From: the human T2T-CHM13v2.0 reference genome, Homo sapiens
Direction: 5' to 3'
DNA length: 64,000 nucleotides
NCBI GenBank assembly: GCA_009914755.4
Contig: CP086569.2
Span: 13,088,001-13,152,000 of the forward strand
Numbering within the stretch: position 1 is the first letter of the stretch; each line of letters opens with the position of its first letter. Below the pieces are notes generated by a model, which was not told where the DNA came from, ran no database searches, and was given only the letters and a program-made list of their open reading frames with translations. Below, one piece after another: positions 1-15,205 of this stretch. A program made the position numbers and the translations under genes.

Positions 1-254
1 TCCACCTTAGAGTTGCCCTTCCTTTCCAGTCTGAACCAATGCACTTCTTACATGTATTGATTGATGTCTCATATTTCTGTAAAATATATAAAACCAAGTT
101 CTGACCTGACCACCTTGGCCAATCAGTGCTCTGTAAGATGCACCAATCAGCATGAGTTTAAAAGTAGCCAATCATGGGGAGGATTGAAAAAGGGCACTCT
201 GATAGGACAGAAATGGAACGTGGGAGGGGCCAATAACGGACTCAAAGCTGATCA
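1..254 (+). mobile_element. 5' portion of a solo ERV LTR (LTR12/HERV9-like U3 with CCAAT boxes), split by the L1 insertion; continues at 6413-6637
   Basis: 'ccaccttggccaatcagtgctctgtaagatgcaccaatcagc...gtgggaggggccaataa' resembles the LTR12 CCAAT-repeat and promoter-proximal region. The downstream half at 6413-6637 resumes in LTR12-like sequence ('ccacacagtggaagctttgtcctttcgctc...gagctgtaacactcactgcgaaggtc'). Bases 1-110 also resemble the old LTR-like family seen at 7400, 56480 and 63270. Confidence 0.5.
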
Positions 255-1297
255 GGGGTGGAGCTAAGATGGCTGAATAGGGACAGCTCCAGTCACTCTA
301 CAGTCGCTCTACAGCTCTCAGCATGAGCGACACAGAAGACGGGTGATTTCTGCATTTCCAACTGAGGTACCGGGTTCATCTCACTGGGGAGCGTTGGAAA
401 GCACGTGCCGGACAGTGGGTGCAGTGCACCGAGTGTGAGCCAAAGCAGGGCGAGGCATGGCCTCACCTGGGAAGTACAAGGGGTCAGGGAATTCCCTTTC
501 CTAGTCAAAGAAAGGAGTGACAGACAGCAGCTGGAAAATCATGTCACTCCCACCCTAATACTGCACTCTTCCAATGGTCTTAGCAAATGGCACACCAGGA
601 GATTATATCACATGCCTGGCTCAGAGGGTCCTATGCCCACGGAGCCTCACTCATTGCTAGCACTACAGTCTGAGATCAAACTGCAAGGCAGCAGCGAGGC
701 TGGGGGTGGGGTGACCTTCATTGCTGAGGTTTGAGTAGGTAAACAAAGCAGCTGGGAAGCTCAAACTGGGTGGAGCCCACTGCAGCTCAAGAAGGCCTGC
801 CTGCCTCTGTAGACTCCACCTCTGGGGGTGGGGCATTGCCAAACAAAAGGCAGCAGAATCCTCTGCAGACTTAAACGTCCCTATCTGACAGTGTTGAAGA
901 GAGAGTAGTGGTTCTCCCAGCACACAGCTGGAGATCTGAGAATGGACAGACTGCCTCCTCAAGTGGTTCCCTGACCCCTGAGTAGCTTAACTGGGAGGCA
1001 CCCCCGAGTAGAGGCAGACTGACAACTCACACAGGCAGGTACTTCTCTGAGAAAAAACTTCCAGAGGAACGATCAGGCAGCAACATTTTTTGTTTACCAA
1101 TATCTGCTGTTCTGCAGCCTCCACTGTTGATACCCAGGAAAACAGGGTCTGGAGTGGACCTCCAACAAACTCCAACAGACCTGCAGCTGAGGCTCCTGAC
1201 TGTTAGAAGGAAAACTAACAAACAGAAAGGACATCCACACTGAAATCCCATCTGTACGTCACCATCATCAAAGACCAAAGGTAGATAAAGCCACAAA

Positions 1298-2316
1298 GAT
1301 GGGGAAAAAACAGAGCAGAAAAGCTGGAAACTCTAAAAATCCAAGTGCCTCTCCTCCTCCAAAGGAATGCACCTCCTCACCAGAAATTGAACAAAGCTGG
1401 ATGGTGAATGACTTCAATGAATTGAGAGAAAAAGGGTTCAGACAATCAAACTACTCCAAGCTAAAGGACAAAGCTTGAACCCATGGCAAAGAAGGTAAAA
1501 ACCTTGAGAAAAAATTAGACGAATGGCTAACTAGAATAACCGATGCAGAGAAGTCTTTAAAGGACCTGATGGAGCTGAAAACCAAGGTATGAGAACTAAG
1601 TGATGAATGCACAAGCCTCAGTAGCCAATTCGATCACCTGGAAGAAAGGGTATCAGGGATGGAAGATCAAAAAATGAAATGAAGTGAGAAGAGAAGATTA
1701 GAGAAAAAAGAATAAAAAGAAATGAACAAAGCCTCCAAGAAATATGGGATGATGGAAAAGACCAAATCTACATCTGATTGGTGTACCGGAAAGTGATGGG
1801 GAGAATGGAACCAAGTTGGAAAACACTGTGCAGGGTATTCTCCAGGAGAACTTCCCCAATCTAGTAAAGCAGGCCAACATTCAAATTCAGGAAATACAGA
1901 GAATGCCACAGAGATACTCCTCAAGAAGAGCAACTCGAAGACACATAATTGTCAGATTCACCAAAGTTGAAATGAAGGAAAAAAATGCTAAGGGCAGCCA
2001 GAGAGAAAGGTCGGGTTACCCTCAAAGGGAAGCCCATCAGACTAACAGCGGATCTCTTGGCAGAAACTCTACAAGCCAGAAGAGAGTGGGTGCCAATATT
2101 CAACATTCTTCAAGAGAAGAATTTTCACCCCAGAATTTCATATCCAGACAAACTAAGCTTCATAAGTGAAGGAGAAATAAAATACTTTACAGACAAGCAA
2201 ATGCTGAGAGATTTTGTCACCACAAGGCCTGCCCTAAAACAGCTCCTGAAGGAAGCACTGACATGGAATGGAATAACCAGTACCAGCTGCTGCAAAAACA
2301 TGCCAAATTATAAAGA
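1298..2316 (+). pseudogene. L1 ORF1 remnant (ORF1p: coiled-coil/RRM protein), interrupted by stops and frameshifts
   Basis: ATG at 'ccacaaagATGgggaaaaaacagagcag', with an in-frame stop near 1465 ('caaagcttgaacc'). Track fragments 1816..2169 and 1985..2329 are in different frames. Confidence 0.8.
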
Positions 2317-2376
2317 CCATAAATGCTAGGAAGAAACTACATCAATTAATGGGCAAAATAACGAGCTAACATCATA

Positions 2377-6199
<3,823 letters not shown>

Positions 6200-6412
6200 A
6201 CAATGAGAACACATGGACACAGGAAAGGGAACATCACACACCAGGGCCTGTTGTGTGGTCATGGGGAGAGGGAAGGGATAGCATCTGGAGATACACCTAA
6301 TGTTAAATGGAGTTACTGGGTGCAGCACACCAACATGGCACATGTATACATATGTAACTAACCTGCACATTGTGCACATGTACCATAAAACTTAAAGTAA
6401 AATTTAAAAAAA

Positions 6413-6637
6413 GAAAAGCCAACCACCACAGCCAACAGCAGCAACCTGCTGCGGTTTCCTTCCACACAGTGGAAGCTTTGTCCTTTCGCTCTTCACAACA
6501 AACATTGCTACTGCTCACCCTTTGGGTCTGTGCCATCTTTAAGAGCTGTAACACTCACTGCGAAGGTCCGTGGCTCTATTCTTGAAGTCAGAGAGACCAC
6601 GAGCCCACCAGCAGGAACCAACTCCAGACACAATGCC
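6413..6637 (+). mobile_element. 3' portion of the LTR12-type solo LTR interrupted by the L1
   Basis: 'cttccacacagtggaagctttgtcctttcgctcttcacaacaaacattgctactgctcaccctttgggtc...agagctgtaacactcactgcgaaggtccgtggctc...gagaccacgagcccaccagcaggaaccaactccagacacaatgcc' matches the LTR12 R/U5-like end. The same end is seen at 9215-9322. Confidence 0.6.
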
Positions 6638-6692
6638 ACTGTACTCCAGCCTGGGTGATGGAGTGAGACTCCATCTCAAAAAAAAAAAAAAA
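6638..6692 (+). mobile_element. Alu 3'-end fragment with poly-A
   Basis: 'actgtactccagcctgggtgatggagtgagactccatctcaaaaaaaaaaaaaa'. Confidence 0.7.
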
Positions 6693-6761
6693 TTCTAAGC
6701 CTCCCCCCAACCGACTGTCTGAATCTGAATGGACCCCTCCTCTTGGACAAGTACTTTCCTA

Positions 6762-7106
<345 letters not shown>

Positions 7107-7399
7107 TACTGGTTCAGGCCATGGCAGGAAGGGAAGGTTGGATAAGCTTCATTATACCCTTCTCCTTTTGGAATTCAGGGAAAACTGACTAGAATTAACA
7201 TTGCCACAGTCTTTCAGTTTGATAAGTAACATTTATAATCTATTCTCTCTGAAACCTGCTACCTGGAGGCTTCATCCATGTGATAGTAATAAAACCTTGG
7301 TCTTCCCAACCTTTTATCGTCACAACCCAGGCATTCCTTTCTATTGATAATAACTCAACCAATTGCAAATCAGAAAATTTTTTACTCTACCTATGACCT

Positions 7400-8200
7400 G
7401 GAAGCTCCCCCAGCGTGGCGCTGTCCTGCCTTTCCAAATTGAACAAATGTACATCTGACATGTATTTGATTATTGTCTCGTGTCTCCCTAAAATATATAA
7501 AACTAGGCAGTGCTCCAACCACCTTAGATGCATGTCCTCAAGCTCTCCTGAGGGCTGTGTTATCAGAGGCATTTGGACCAGGGCAACTCCATCTTGAGTA
7601 CGGGATGGGTAAAATAAGGTTGACACCTACTGGGCTGCATTCCCAGAAAGTTAAGTCATTCTAACTGACAAGAAGAGACAGAACATTGGCACAAGATACA
7701 GACCACAAAGGCCTTGCCTATAAAACAGCATACTGTAAAGAAGCTGGCCAAATCCCACCAAAACCAAGATGGCAATGAGTGACATCTGGTTGTCCTCAGT
7801 GCTCATTATACACTAATTATAATGCATTAGTGGCTAAAAGACACTCTCACCAGTGTCATGACAGCTTACATATACCATGGCAACATCAGGAAGTTACCCT
7901 ATATGGTCCCAAAAGGGGAGGAATTCGGGTCTGGGAAATGCCCACCCCTTTCCCAGAAAACTCACCCCTTGTTTAGCATATAATCAAGAAGTCTTAATAA
8001 CAATAAGTACAAGCAGTTGAGTAGCCCACATCGCTGCTCTGCCTACAGATTAGTCATTCTTTTATTCCTTTAGCTTCTTAATAAACTTGCTTTCACTTTA
8101 TGAACTCACACTGAATTCTTTCTTGTATGAGGTCTAAGAACCCTCTCTTGGAGTCAGGATCGGGACCCCTATTCTGTAACAGCATCACAGGTCATTGGTC
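7400..8200 (+). mobile_element. Old ERV-type LTR (family unresolved). Its 5' part is homologous to 1-110, 56480-56900 and 63270-63700; its 3' part has a poly-A signal and an R/U5-like end.
   Basis: 'tgattattgtctcgtgtctccctaaaatatataaaactaggcagtgctccaaccacctta' parallels the other copies. The 3' part 'aataaacttgctttcactttatgaactcacactgaattc...gggacccctattctgtaaca' is LTR-like (AATAAA followed by a CA-terminal segment). Confidence 0.4.
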
Positions 8201-8789
8201 ACTGATATTTGAATCAACATAAATTTCCTCAAATATTTCATAGAGTTTGACCTTTTTACATTGACAAGGGTATATAAGACCTCTATGTATTTTCTGGTTA
8301 TTTTTCTGTAAGACTAAAAATGCCCTAAAAATAAAGTCTATTATCTTAGAGTGAGCCAAAACAAGAAAAATGAATGCCCTTTATTTGCATACTTATATTT
8401 TTACTAAAATATTTAACTTACAAATGAAGATACTGAATTACTTACTCCTCATCTCTAGTACCTGTAGATTCTCCGCAGTGGAACAGTTTAATGGTGTTCA
8501 TGCCTCCCCATATGCAAATAATAGCCCTCTTTCCCCAGCCCTTGCACTGCAGTAGGATATCGTGGGTGACTAAACCCCATGGTTCTCTTCCTGCTCACCA
8601 TGTGGGCTGCCTGGAAAGTCGACAGGCCGTCAGCATACAGAAAGAAGGCCAGAATTGTGAAGCAATCCAGCCCAAGGATTCAATACATTTAGGTGGCTTC
8701 ATTTTCATCCTTAGGTGATGATCTACTTCAGTCAGGAACACTGCTTTCTAACTGAAGCTTATTGACACCGAGAGATGTTTAATTATTTT

Positions 8790-9322
8790 ACTCCCTATGA
8801 AGTGATGTTGAGAGGTGAAACCAGCTGGACTTCCTGGGTCGAATGGGGACTTGCAGAATTTTTCTGTCTAGCTAGAGGATTGTAAACACACCAATCAGCA
8901 CCCTGTGTCTAGCTAAAGGATTGTAAATGCACCAAACAGCGCTCTGTGTCTAGCTAAAGGATTGTAAATGCACTAGTCAGCACTATGTAAAAATGTACTA
9001 ATCAGTGCTCTGTATAGCTAAAGGATTGTTAATGCACCAATCAGCACTCTGTAAAAATGCAGCAATCAGCACTCTGTCTCTAGCTAAAGGATTGAAAATG
9101 CACCAATCAGCACTCTGTAAAATCGACCAATCAGCACTCTGTAAAATGGACCAATCAGCAGGACCCCACTGGAAGGAAGAAACTCTGGACACATAGGAAA
9201 GAACAAACTCTGTACACACCATCTTTTGGAGCTGTAACACTCACTGTGAAGGTCCACAGCTTTATTCTTAACATCAGCAAGGCCAAGAACCCACTGGAAG
9301 GAACCAACTCTAGACACAATGT
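8790..9322 (+). mobile_element. LTR12-family solo LTR (HERV9 LTR) with a tandem CCAAT-box repeat region; the promoter-proximal segment appears deleted
   Basis: 'ggacttcctgggtcgaatggggacttgcagaatttttctgtctagctagaggattgtaaacacaccaatcagcaccctgtgtctagctaaaggattgtaaatgcaccaa...' followed by the LTR12 3' end '...gagctgtaacactcactgtgaaggtccacagc...aacccactggaaggaaccaactctagacacaatg'. Confidence 0.75.
8870..9165 (+). promoter_or_regulatory. Tandem array of about nine CCAAT-box (NF-Y-type) repeats of about 40 bp, shortening to about 27 bp, inside LTR12
   Basis: Repeated '(ctagctaaaggattgtaaatg)caccaatcagcactctgt(gt/aaaa)'. The CCAAT cores occur near 8887, 8932 (caaac variant), 9042, 9066, 9097, 9129 and 9152. 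Confidence 0.65.
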
Positions 9323-10533
9323 GATGTGTCTCCCCTTTGCCTTATGAATATTCCCTATTTATAAAGGCAGATCGATTAAAATTTTACATCCCAGTCCAGT
9401 CACCTTTCTTTCTTGATCTGTAAAACAAAAAGGAAACTATTCATTAAAAAAGAAAACAGAGGGTTTCAGTGTTTAAACAGAACCCTCTTTCTTCTAAGAG
9501 ACTGTGACTAATCAGGAGGCTACATGAAAATGTAATCCATTGCCAGCTTGCAGACAAAACATTTGGCCACTCTGGGGCCACTTGCTCCCCTCTCTAAGCC
9601 TTCATCTTTTTACTGGCAAAATAAATTTGCAAATGAGGGTACTAGTAATCACCAAAAGTGATGATGAAGACCTTAACAAGCATCGAGTCATATTTGTAGT
9701 AGTATTTTTCATAAAAGGGATAGCGTCCTGATTAACGGGGTAAATTTTCATATTGGTAGTACTTATTTTATCAAAATGATGTTCCCCAGACAAAGCTTCT
9801 CTGTCTGCATCCAAATAATCACTTATGTATGCTTGCACTCACCTGTCCAACCTTTCTAGGGATCAGGAAGCCAAAAATTGAAGGGCATTCTATCCCTGTT
9901 TCTCCTTTACGCAGTCACTACTTCCTCCAATTGTAAGAAACATAGGTAGCAAAATGTTATCATTGAATGCCATCTCAGGAGGAAATGCTTCCTGAGTTAG
10001 CCAGAGTTCTCCAGATAAACTGCCAATAGAAACCAGGATATGTGCCTTCTGTTTGCCAGGGGAATGTCACAAAATCCCTGATGGAGTGACTTCAGCCCTG
10101 TGGAAGAAAGCCCTGAGGGTGATAAATGGGATAAATCAAGCACGTGTTCCCACACCTCTTACCTGGATCACTGCATTTTTAGAAAAGATTATTTCAATGC
10201 TCCTAGCCCCTGCCCCTTCCTGCACATAAGATAATGTCTGACAGGATTAATAACTATGCCTCTGTAATCTATAAACAGTTGTTCCCTGGCGCTCAAACCT
10301 TGATGAGAACTGGCTCTAATGCAACACCTGAGCACATCTGAGGTGACTTCTGAGAACATGTGTTGTGACTTCTATGACTTCTGAACACATTTGTTGTAAC
10401 TTCTGAGCACCTGCATAACCTCTAGCACCTGTATATAAGCTGTGGGTTGAAACACTGTTTTGGAGCAGTCTAACAGAAACTCTCTGAAAGATTCGGGGAT
10501 TGCAATCTTCAGTAAGATATTGAATAAAACTAA

Positions 10534-10880
<347 letters not shown>

Positions 10881-10884
10881 CTAT

Positions 10885-11015
10885 TTTTTAATTTTTACAT
10901 AGAGGCAGGGTCTCACCATCTTGTCCAGGCTGATCTTGAACTCTTGGACTCAAGTAATCCTCCTGCCTTGGCTTCCCAAATTCCTGGAATTACAGGTATG
11001 AGCCTCCATGCCTAG
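10885..11015 (-). mobile_element. Alu fragment (one arm, minus)
   Basis: 'agaggcagggtctcaccatcttgtccaggctgatcttgaactcttggactcaagtaatcctcctgccttggcttcccaaattcctggaattacaggtatgagcctccatgcctagccc'. Confidence 0.75.
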
Positions 11016-11074
11016 CCCTGATTTTGCATTTAGTAGATAGATACATAGATGATTGATAGATAGGTACGTAGATG

Positions 11075-11295
11075 ATAGACCCAGGGCATATATATTATCA
11101 TATAGACTCCCTTTCCACATGGAGGACTGCATATATATTATTATATATATGATAGACTCCCCTTCCACCTGGAAGAATAGACCCAGGGCATATATTATCA
11201 TATCTGTGGTAGACTCACCTTCCACCTGGAGAACTGGAGGCAGAGCATATATTATCTTATAAATGGTAGACTCTTTTTCCACCAGATGGACTGGA
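11075..11295 (-). repeat. Inverted block of about four units of the 57-bp tandem repeat (reverse complement of the units at 13190-14654)
   Basis: 'agacccagggcatatattatcatat...ggtagactc...ccttccacctgga' repeated. It is the reverse complement of 'tccaggtggaag...gagtctaccatatatatgataatatatgccctgggtct'. Confidence 0.75.
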
Positions 11296-11399
11296 CCTAT
11301 TAAGTGTCCCTGGGATGTATTGGTTAATTTTATATGTCACCTTCACTGGGCTATGGTATCCATTGTTTACTCAAAACAGTCTTGGTGTTGCTGTGAAGT

Positions 11400-11790
11400 T
11401 GTTTTCTAAATGTGATTAACGTCTACAATCAATTAACTTTAAATAAAGGACACAACCCTCCATCAGGGAGATGGGCCTTATCCAACCAGTTAAAAGCCTT
11501 AAGAATAAAGATTGGGGTTTTTCAAAGAAGACCAAATTCTGCGTCAAGACTGCAGTATAGAAATTATGCCTGAGTTGCAGGCCCACAGCTCTGCAGAAAC
11601 AGGACTAGAGGTTGTACATCAATCTTACCTGAATCTCCAGCCTACCAGCATGTCTTGAAGATTTTAGACTTTCCAGCTCCCACAATCGTGTGCCAATTCC
11701 ATAAAATAAATCTCTACCTACTTCTATATCCTATTGTTTCTGTTTCTGTGGAGAATCCTGATTACCACTACAAAACAAAAATGACCAACT
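11400..11790 (+). mobile_element. Old MaLR-type LTR fragment (MLT1/MST-like 3' portion)
   Basis: 'gggccttatccaaccagttaaaagccttaagaataaagattgg...gattttagactttccagctcccacaatcgtgtgccaattccataaaataaatctct...ctattgtttctgtttctgtggagaatcctgattaccac' follows the MaLR LTR 3'-end theme. Confidence 0.45.
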
Positions 11791-12587
11791 CATTATCTCA
11801 AATGCTATAGCACTGGCAGTGTCCAAGGAAGAGGTAAGCTGTGCAGGCAAGTCACTCAAAACATGGTCCAAGGAAGTGCCCAAAAAGGAGGACACATTCA
11901 GAATTTATGCAATTCTAGATGAGGAGCTGAGGGTCCATTTTTATATGAATCTATTTCACAACTTGAGAGTTTTCCAAGTCAGTGGGCTTTAGCATGGGAG
12001 GACATCCAATGGATTTGGAGGTTATGGGGACTTTCCTGACCAAATCCCCATGCAGTCAACACAACAATAGAAAACCTCGCTGTGTGGATTTAATGATGTC
12101 ATTGTGGGCATGAGTCTACTGCTGTATAAAACAGTAGACTGTACATATGAGTCTACTGCTATATAAAAGAGTGATCAGACCCAACACCAGGCCACAGGGG
12201 TGACAAAGTCCAGTGGAGTCAAAGGAATGAGAAAAGACAAGTTAAGAGAGAAAGTGGGATGAGCGGACCAACGCTGGTATGGAGGATGCAAAGACCCTGA
12301 GCTCTGGAAGCCCATGTTATTTATTAGTGATCAAACAAAGAAACAGGTGGTGAGGATTTGGGGGTTGAAAGGAAGTGATGTATCAAGCAAATGAACTACA
12401 GTTGTGATGGTTTAGCATTTTCTTTGAAACACATGGCTACTTGAGATCATGAGAGTGCTAGAAGCAAGGATCCAGCAAGTCTGGACACATTCCAAAGGCC
12501 ATGAGAGGTTTTACCCTGGACTCTGGACATGTTCCAAGCCCTGCCTCAGCTTCTCTCCCAACACTCAGCTTTTCTCCCAGCGGTATG

Positions 12588-12790
12588 TAAGGTAATATAT
12601 GTCCTGGCTGCAGGAGGAAGGGAGTCCACCATGTATATAATAATATATGCCCTGGATCCACTCCTCCAGGTAGAAGGGGAGTCTACCATGTATTTAATAA
12701 TATATGTCCTTGCTCCAGTCTTCAGTCTTCCAGTGGGGAGTCTACCATATATATGATAATATATGCCCTGGGTATATTAGGGTTCTCTAG
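12588..12790 (+). repeat. Short direct block (about 3.5 units) of the 57-bp tandem repeat
   Basis: '...ccaccatgtatataataatatatgccctggatccactcctccaggtagaaggggagtctaccatgtatttaataatatatgtccttgctccagtcttc...gagtctaccatatatatgataatatatgccctgggtat'. Confidence 0.75.
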
Positions 12791-13189
12791 AGGGACAGAG
12801 CTAAATACTTTATTAAGTATTACCTCACACTATCACAAAGTCCCAAAATAGGCTGTCTGCAGGCTGGGGAGCAAGGAAAGCCAGTCCAAGTTCCAAAATT
12901 GACTTGGATTCTGATATTTGAGGGCAGGAAGCATCCAGCACTGGAGAAAGATGTAGGCTGGGAGGCTAGGCCAGTCTCTCTTTTCACATTTTTCTCCCTG
13001 GTTATATTCTAGCTGAGCTGGCAGCTGATTAGATTGTGCCCACCTACTTTAAGGGGGCTCCTGCCTTTCCCAGCTCACTGACTCAAATGTTAAGCTCCTT
13101 TGGCAACATCCTTACAGACTCATCTAGGAACAATACTTTGTATCTTTTAATCCAATCAAGTTGACGCTCAGTATTAACCATCACACAGG

Positions 13190-14654
13190 TCCTCCAGGTG
13201 GAAGAAGGGTATGTCATATATATGATAATATATTCCCTGGGTCTATCCCTCCAGGTGGGAGAGGAGTCTACCATATATAAGGTAAATTGTGTCCTGGGTC
13301 TACTCCTCCAAGTGGAAGGGGAGTCTACCATATATATGATAATATATGCCCTGACTCCAGTCCTCCAGGTGAAAGAGGAGTCTACCATATATAATATATT
13401 CCCTGGTTTCAGTCCTCCAGATGGAAGAAATATATGATAATATATGCCCTGGGTCTATTCCTCTAGGTGGAAGAGGAGTCCATCCTATATAAGGTAAAAT
13501 ATGCTCTGTTCTATTCTTCCAGGTGGAAGGGAAATCTACCACATATATAAAAATATATGCCCTGGATCCGGTTTTTCAGGTGAAAGTGGTGTCTACCATA
13601 TATAGTATATTCCCTGGTTCCAATCCCCAGTGTGGAAGGGGAGTTTAGCATATATATAACAATATATGCCATAGGTCCAGTCTTCCAGGTGAAAGAAGTC
13701 TATTTATGGTATTCCTCCCAGTGGAAGAGGAGTCTACCATATACAAAGTAAAATATGCCCTGGGTCTATTTCTCTAGGTGGAAGAGGAAGTCTACCATAT
13801 ATATGTATATAATACTATATGTCCTGGGTCTAGTCTTCCAGGTGGAAGTAGGGTCTACCATATATATAATATATGACCTTCTGTCAGTCCTCCAGGTAGA
13901 AGTAAGAATTACCATATGTATGGTAATATATGCTCCCCACTAGTCCTCCAGGTAGATGTGAAATCTACCACATAGATGATAATATAAGCCCCCGGCCAGT
14001 CTTCCACTTGGAATTGGAATTTACCATGTATATAGTAGTATATGTACTAGGTCCAACACTTCCAGTGAAAATAACGCCTACTGTGTATATGCTAGTATAT
14101 GCCCTGGCTCCAGTCCTTCATCTGAAAGTGGATTTTTTTTTTTTTTTTGAGACGGAGTCTCGTCAGGCTGGAGTGCAGTGGCTTGATCTCAGCTCACTGC
14201 AACCTCTTCCTCCTGGGTTCAAGAGATTCTCCGTAGCTGAGACTACAGGCATACACCACTACACCCAATTAATTTTTTGTATTTTCATTAAAGACAGGGT
14301 TTCACCATGTTAGCCAGGATGGTCTCAATCTCTTGAACTCGTGATGCACCAGCCTCAGCCTCCCAAGGTGCTGGGATTACAGGCATGAGCCACTGCACCC
14401 AGCCAAAAGTGGATGTTATCATATACATAATAGTATATGTCCTGGCTACACTCCTCCAGGTGGACATGAAATCTACCATATGTATGATAATACCTGTTCC
14501 CTTTCTGGGCCTCCAAGTGGAAGTGCAGCCTACCATATGTATGATAATATATGTCCTGGGGCCAGTGGTCCACGTGGATGTGGATTCTATCATATATATG
14601 ATAGTTTATGCCATCATTTCAGTTTTCCTGGACATAGTCATCGTGTATACATGC
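13190..14654 (+). repeat. About 57-bp tandem repeat array (about 21 units, unit roughly TCCTCCAGGTGGAAGAGGAGTCTACCATATATATGATAATATATGCCCTGGGTCTAG), interrupted by an Alu
   Basis: Regular recurrence of 'tcctccaggtggaagaggagtctaccatatatatgataatatatgccctgggtcta', with units diverging by about 10-25%. The array continues on both sides of the Alu at 14133-14403. Confidence 0.85.
14133..14403 (-). mobile_element. Alu inserted into a unit of the 57-bp array, with an 8-bp TSD AAAGTGGA
   Basis: Poly-T at 14133, '...gagacggagtctcgtcaggctggagtgcagtgg...cccaaggtgctgggattacaggcatgagccactgcacccagcc'. It is flanked by 'gaaagtgga' (14124-14132) and 'aaaagtgga' (14404-14412). Confidence 0.85.
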
Positions 14655-14897
14655 AAAATGAAGATAGGTTTAGCAATTATCTCGTCAATTTGATTAGTTC
14701 AAATTGCCAAAGCAACGATTCAGCCCTGAAAGCACTCTTCCTGTTTTTTTAAGATATATCAACATTGAGAGTGTTAATACTTAAATAATGCCAGCACATC
14801 TTTACGAAGGAATCACATTTTGCATTTTTTTCTGTATAATGCACATTCCCCAAATCTCAGTCAAATTTTATTTTCTTAAATCATTGAAATCATTGAT

Positions 14898-15205
14898 CTT
14901 CCTAATTCACTTTTTTTTTTTTTTGAAGACAGGGTCTTACTCTGTTGACCAGGCTTGAGTATAGAGGTAAGACCGTGGCTCATTTCAACTTCAATCTCCA
15001 GGGTTCAAGTGAATCTCACATCTAAGCGTCCCAAGTAGCTGGGATTACAGGCACATGAACTCATGGCCAGCTAATTTTATTTTTCTGTAGAGATGCGGTT
15101 TTGCCATGTTGCTCTCTCAAGCTCCTGAGCTCGAGTGAGCCTCTCACCTCAGCCTCCCAAAGTGCTGCGTTTACAGGTGAAAGACATGGCACCCAGCCCT
15201 AATTC
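14898..15205 (-). mobile_element. Alu (older, diverged; minus)
   Basis: 'ttttttttttttttgaagacagggtcttactctgttgaccaggcttgagtatagaggtaagaccgtggctcatttcaacttcaatctccagggttcaagtgaatctc...cctcccaaagtgctgcgtttacaggtgaaagacatggcacccagccc'. Confidence 0.8.

Noticed and set aside
8998-9240. 80-aa and 63-aa ORFs with an internally repetitive peptide ('...SILQSADWSILQSADW...')
   Set aside because: They are translations of the LTR12 CCAAT-box tandem repeats. The periodic protein reflects the DNA repeat, not a gene.
13083-14693. Cluster of 60-127 aa ORFs on both strands with repetitive 'IIYM/STWR' peptides
   Set aside because: They are all translations of the 57-bp tandem array (AT-rich half gives I/Y/M, GC-rich half gives STWRT). 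They are not coding.
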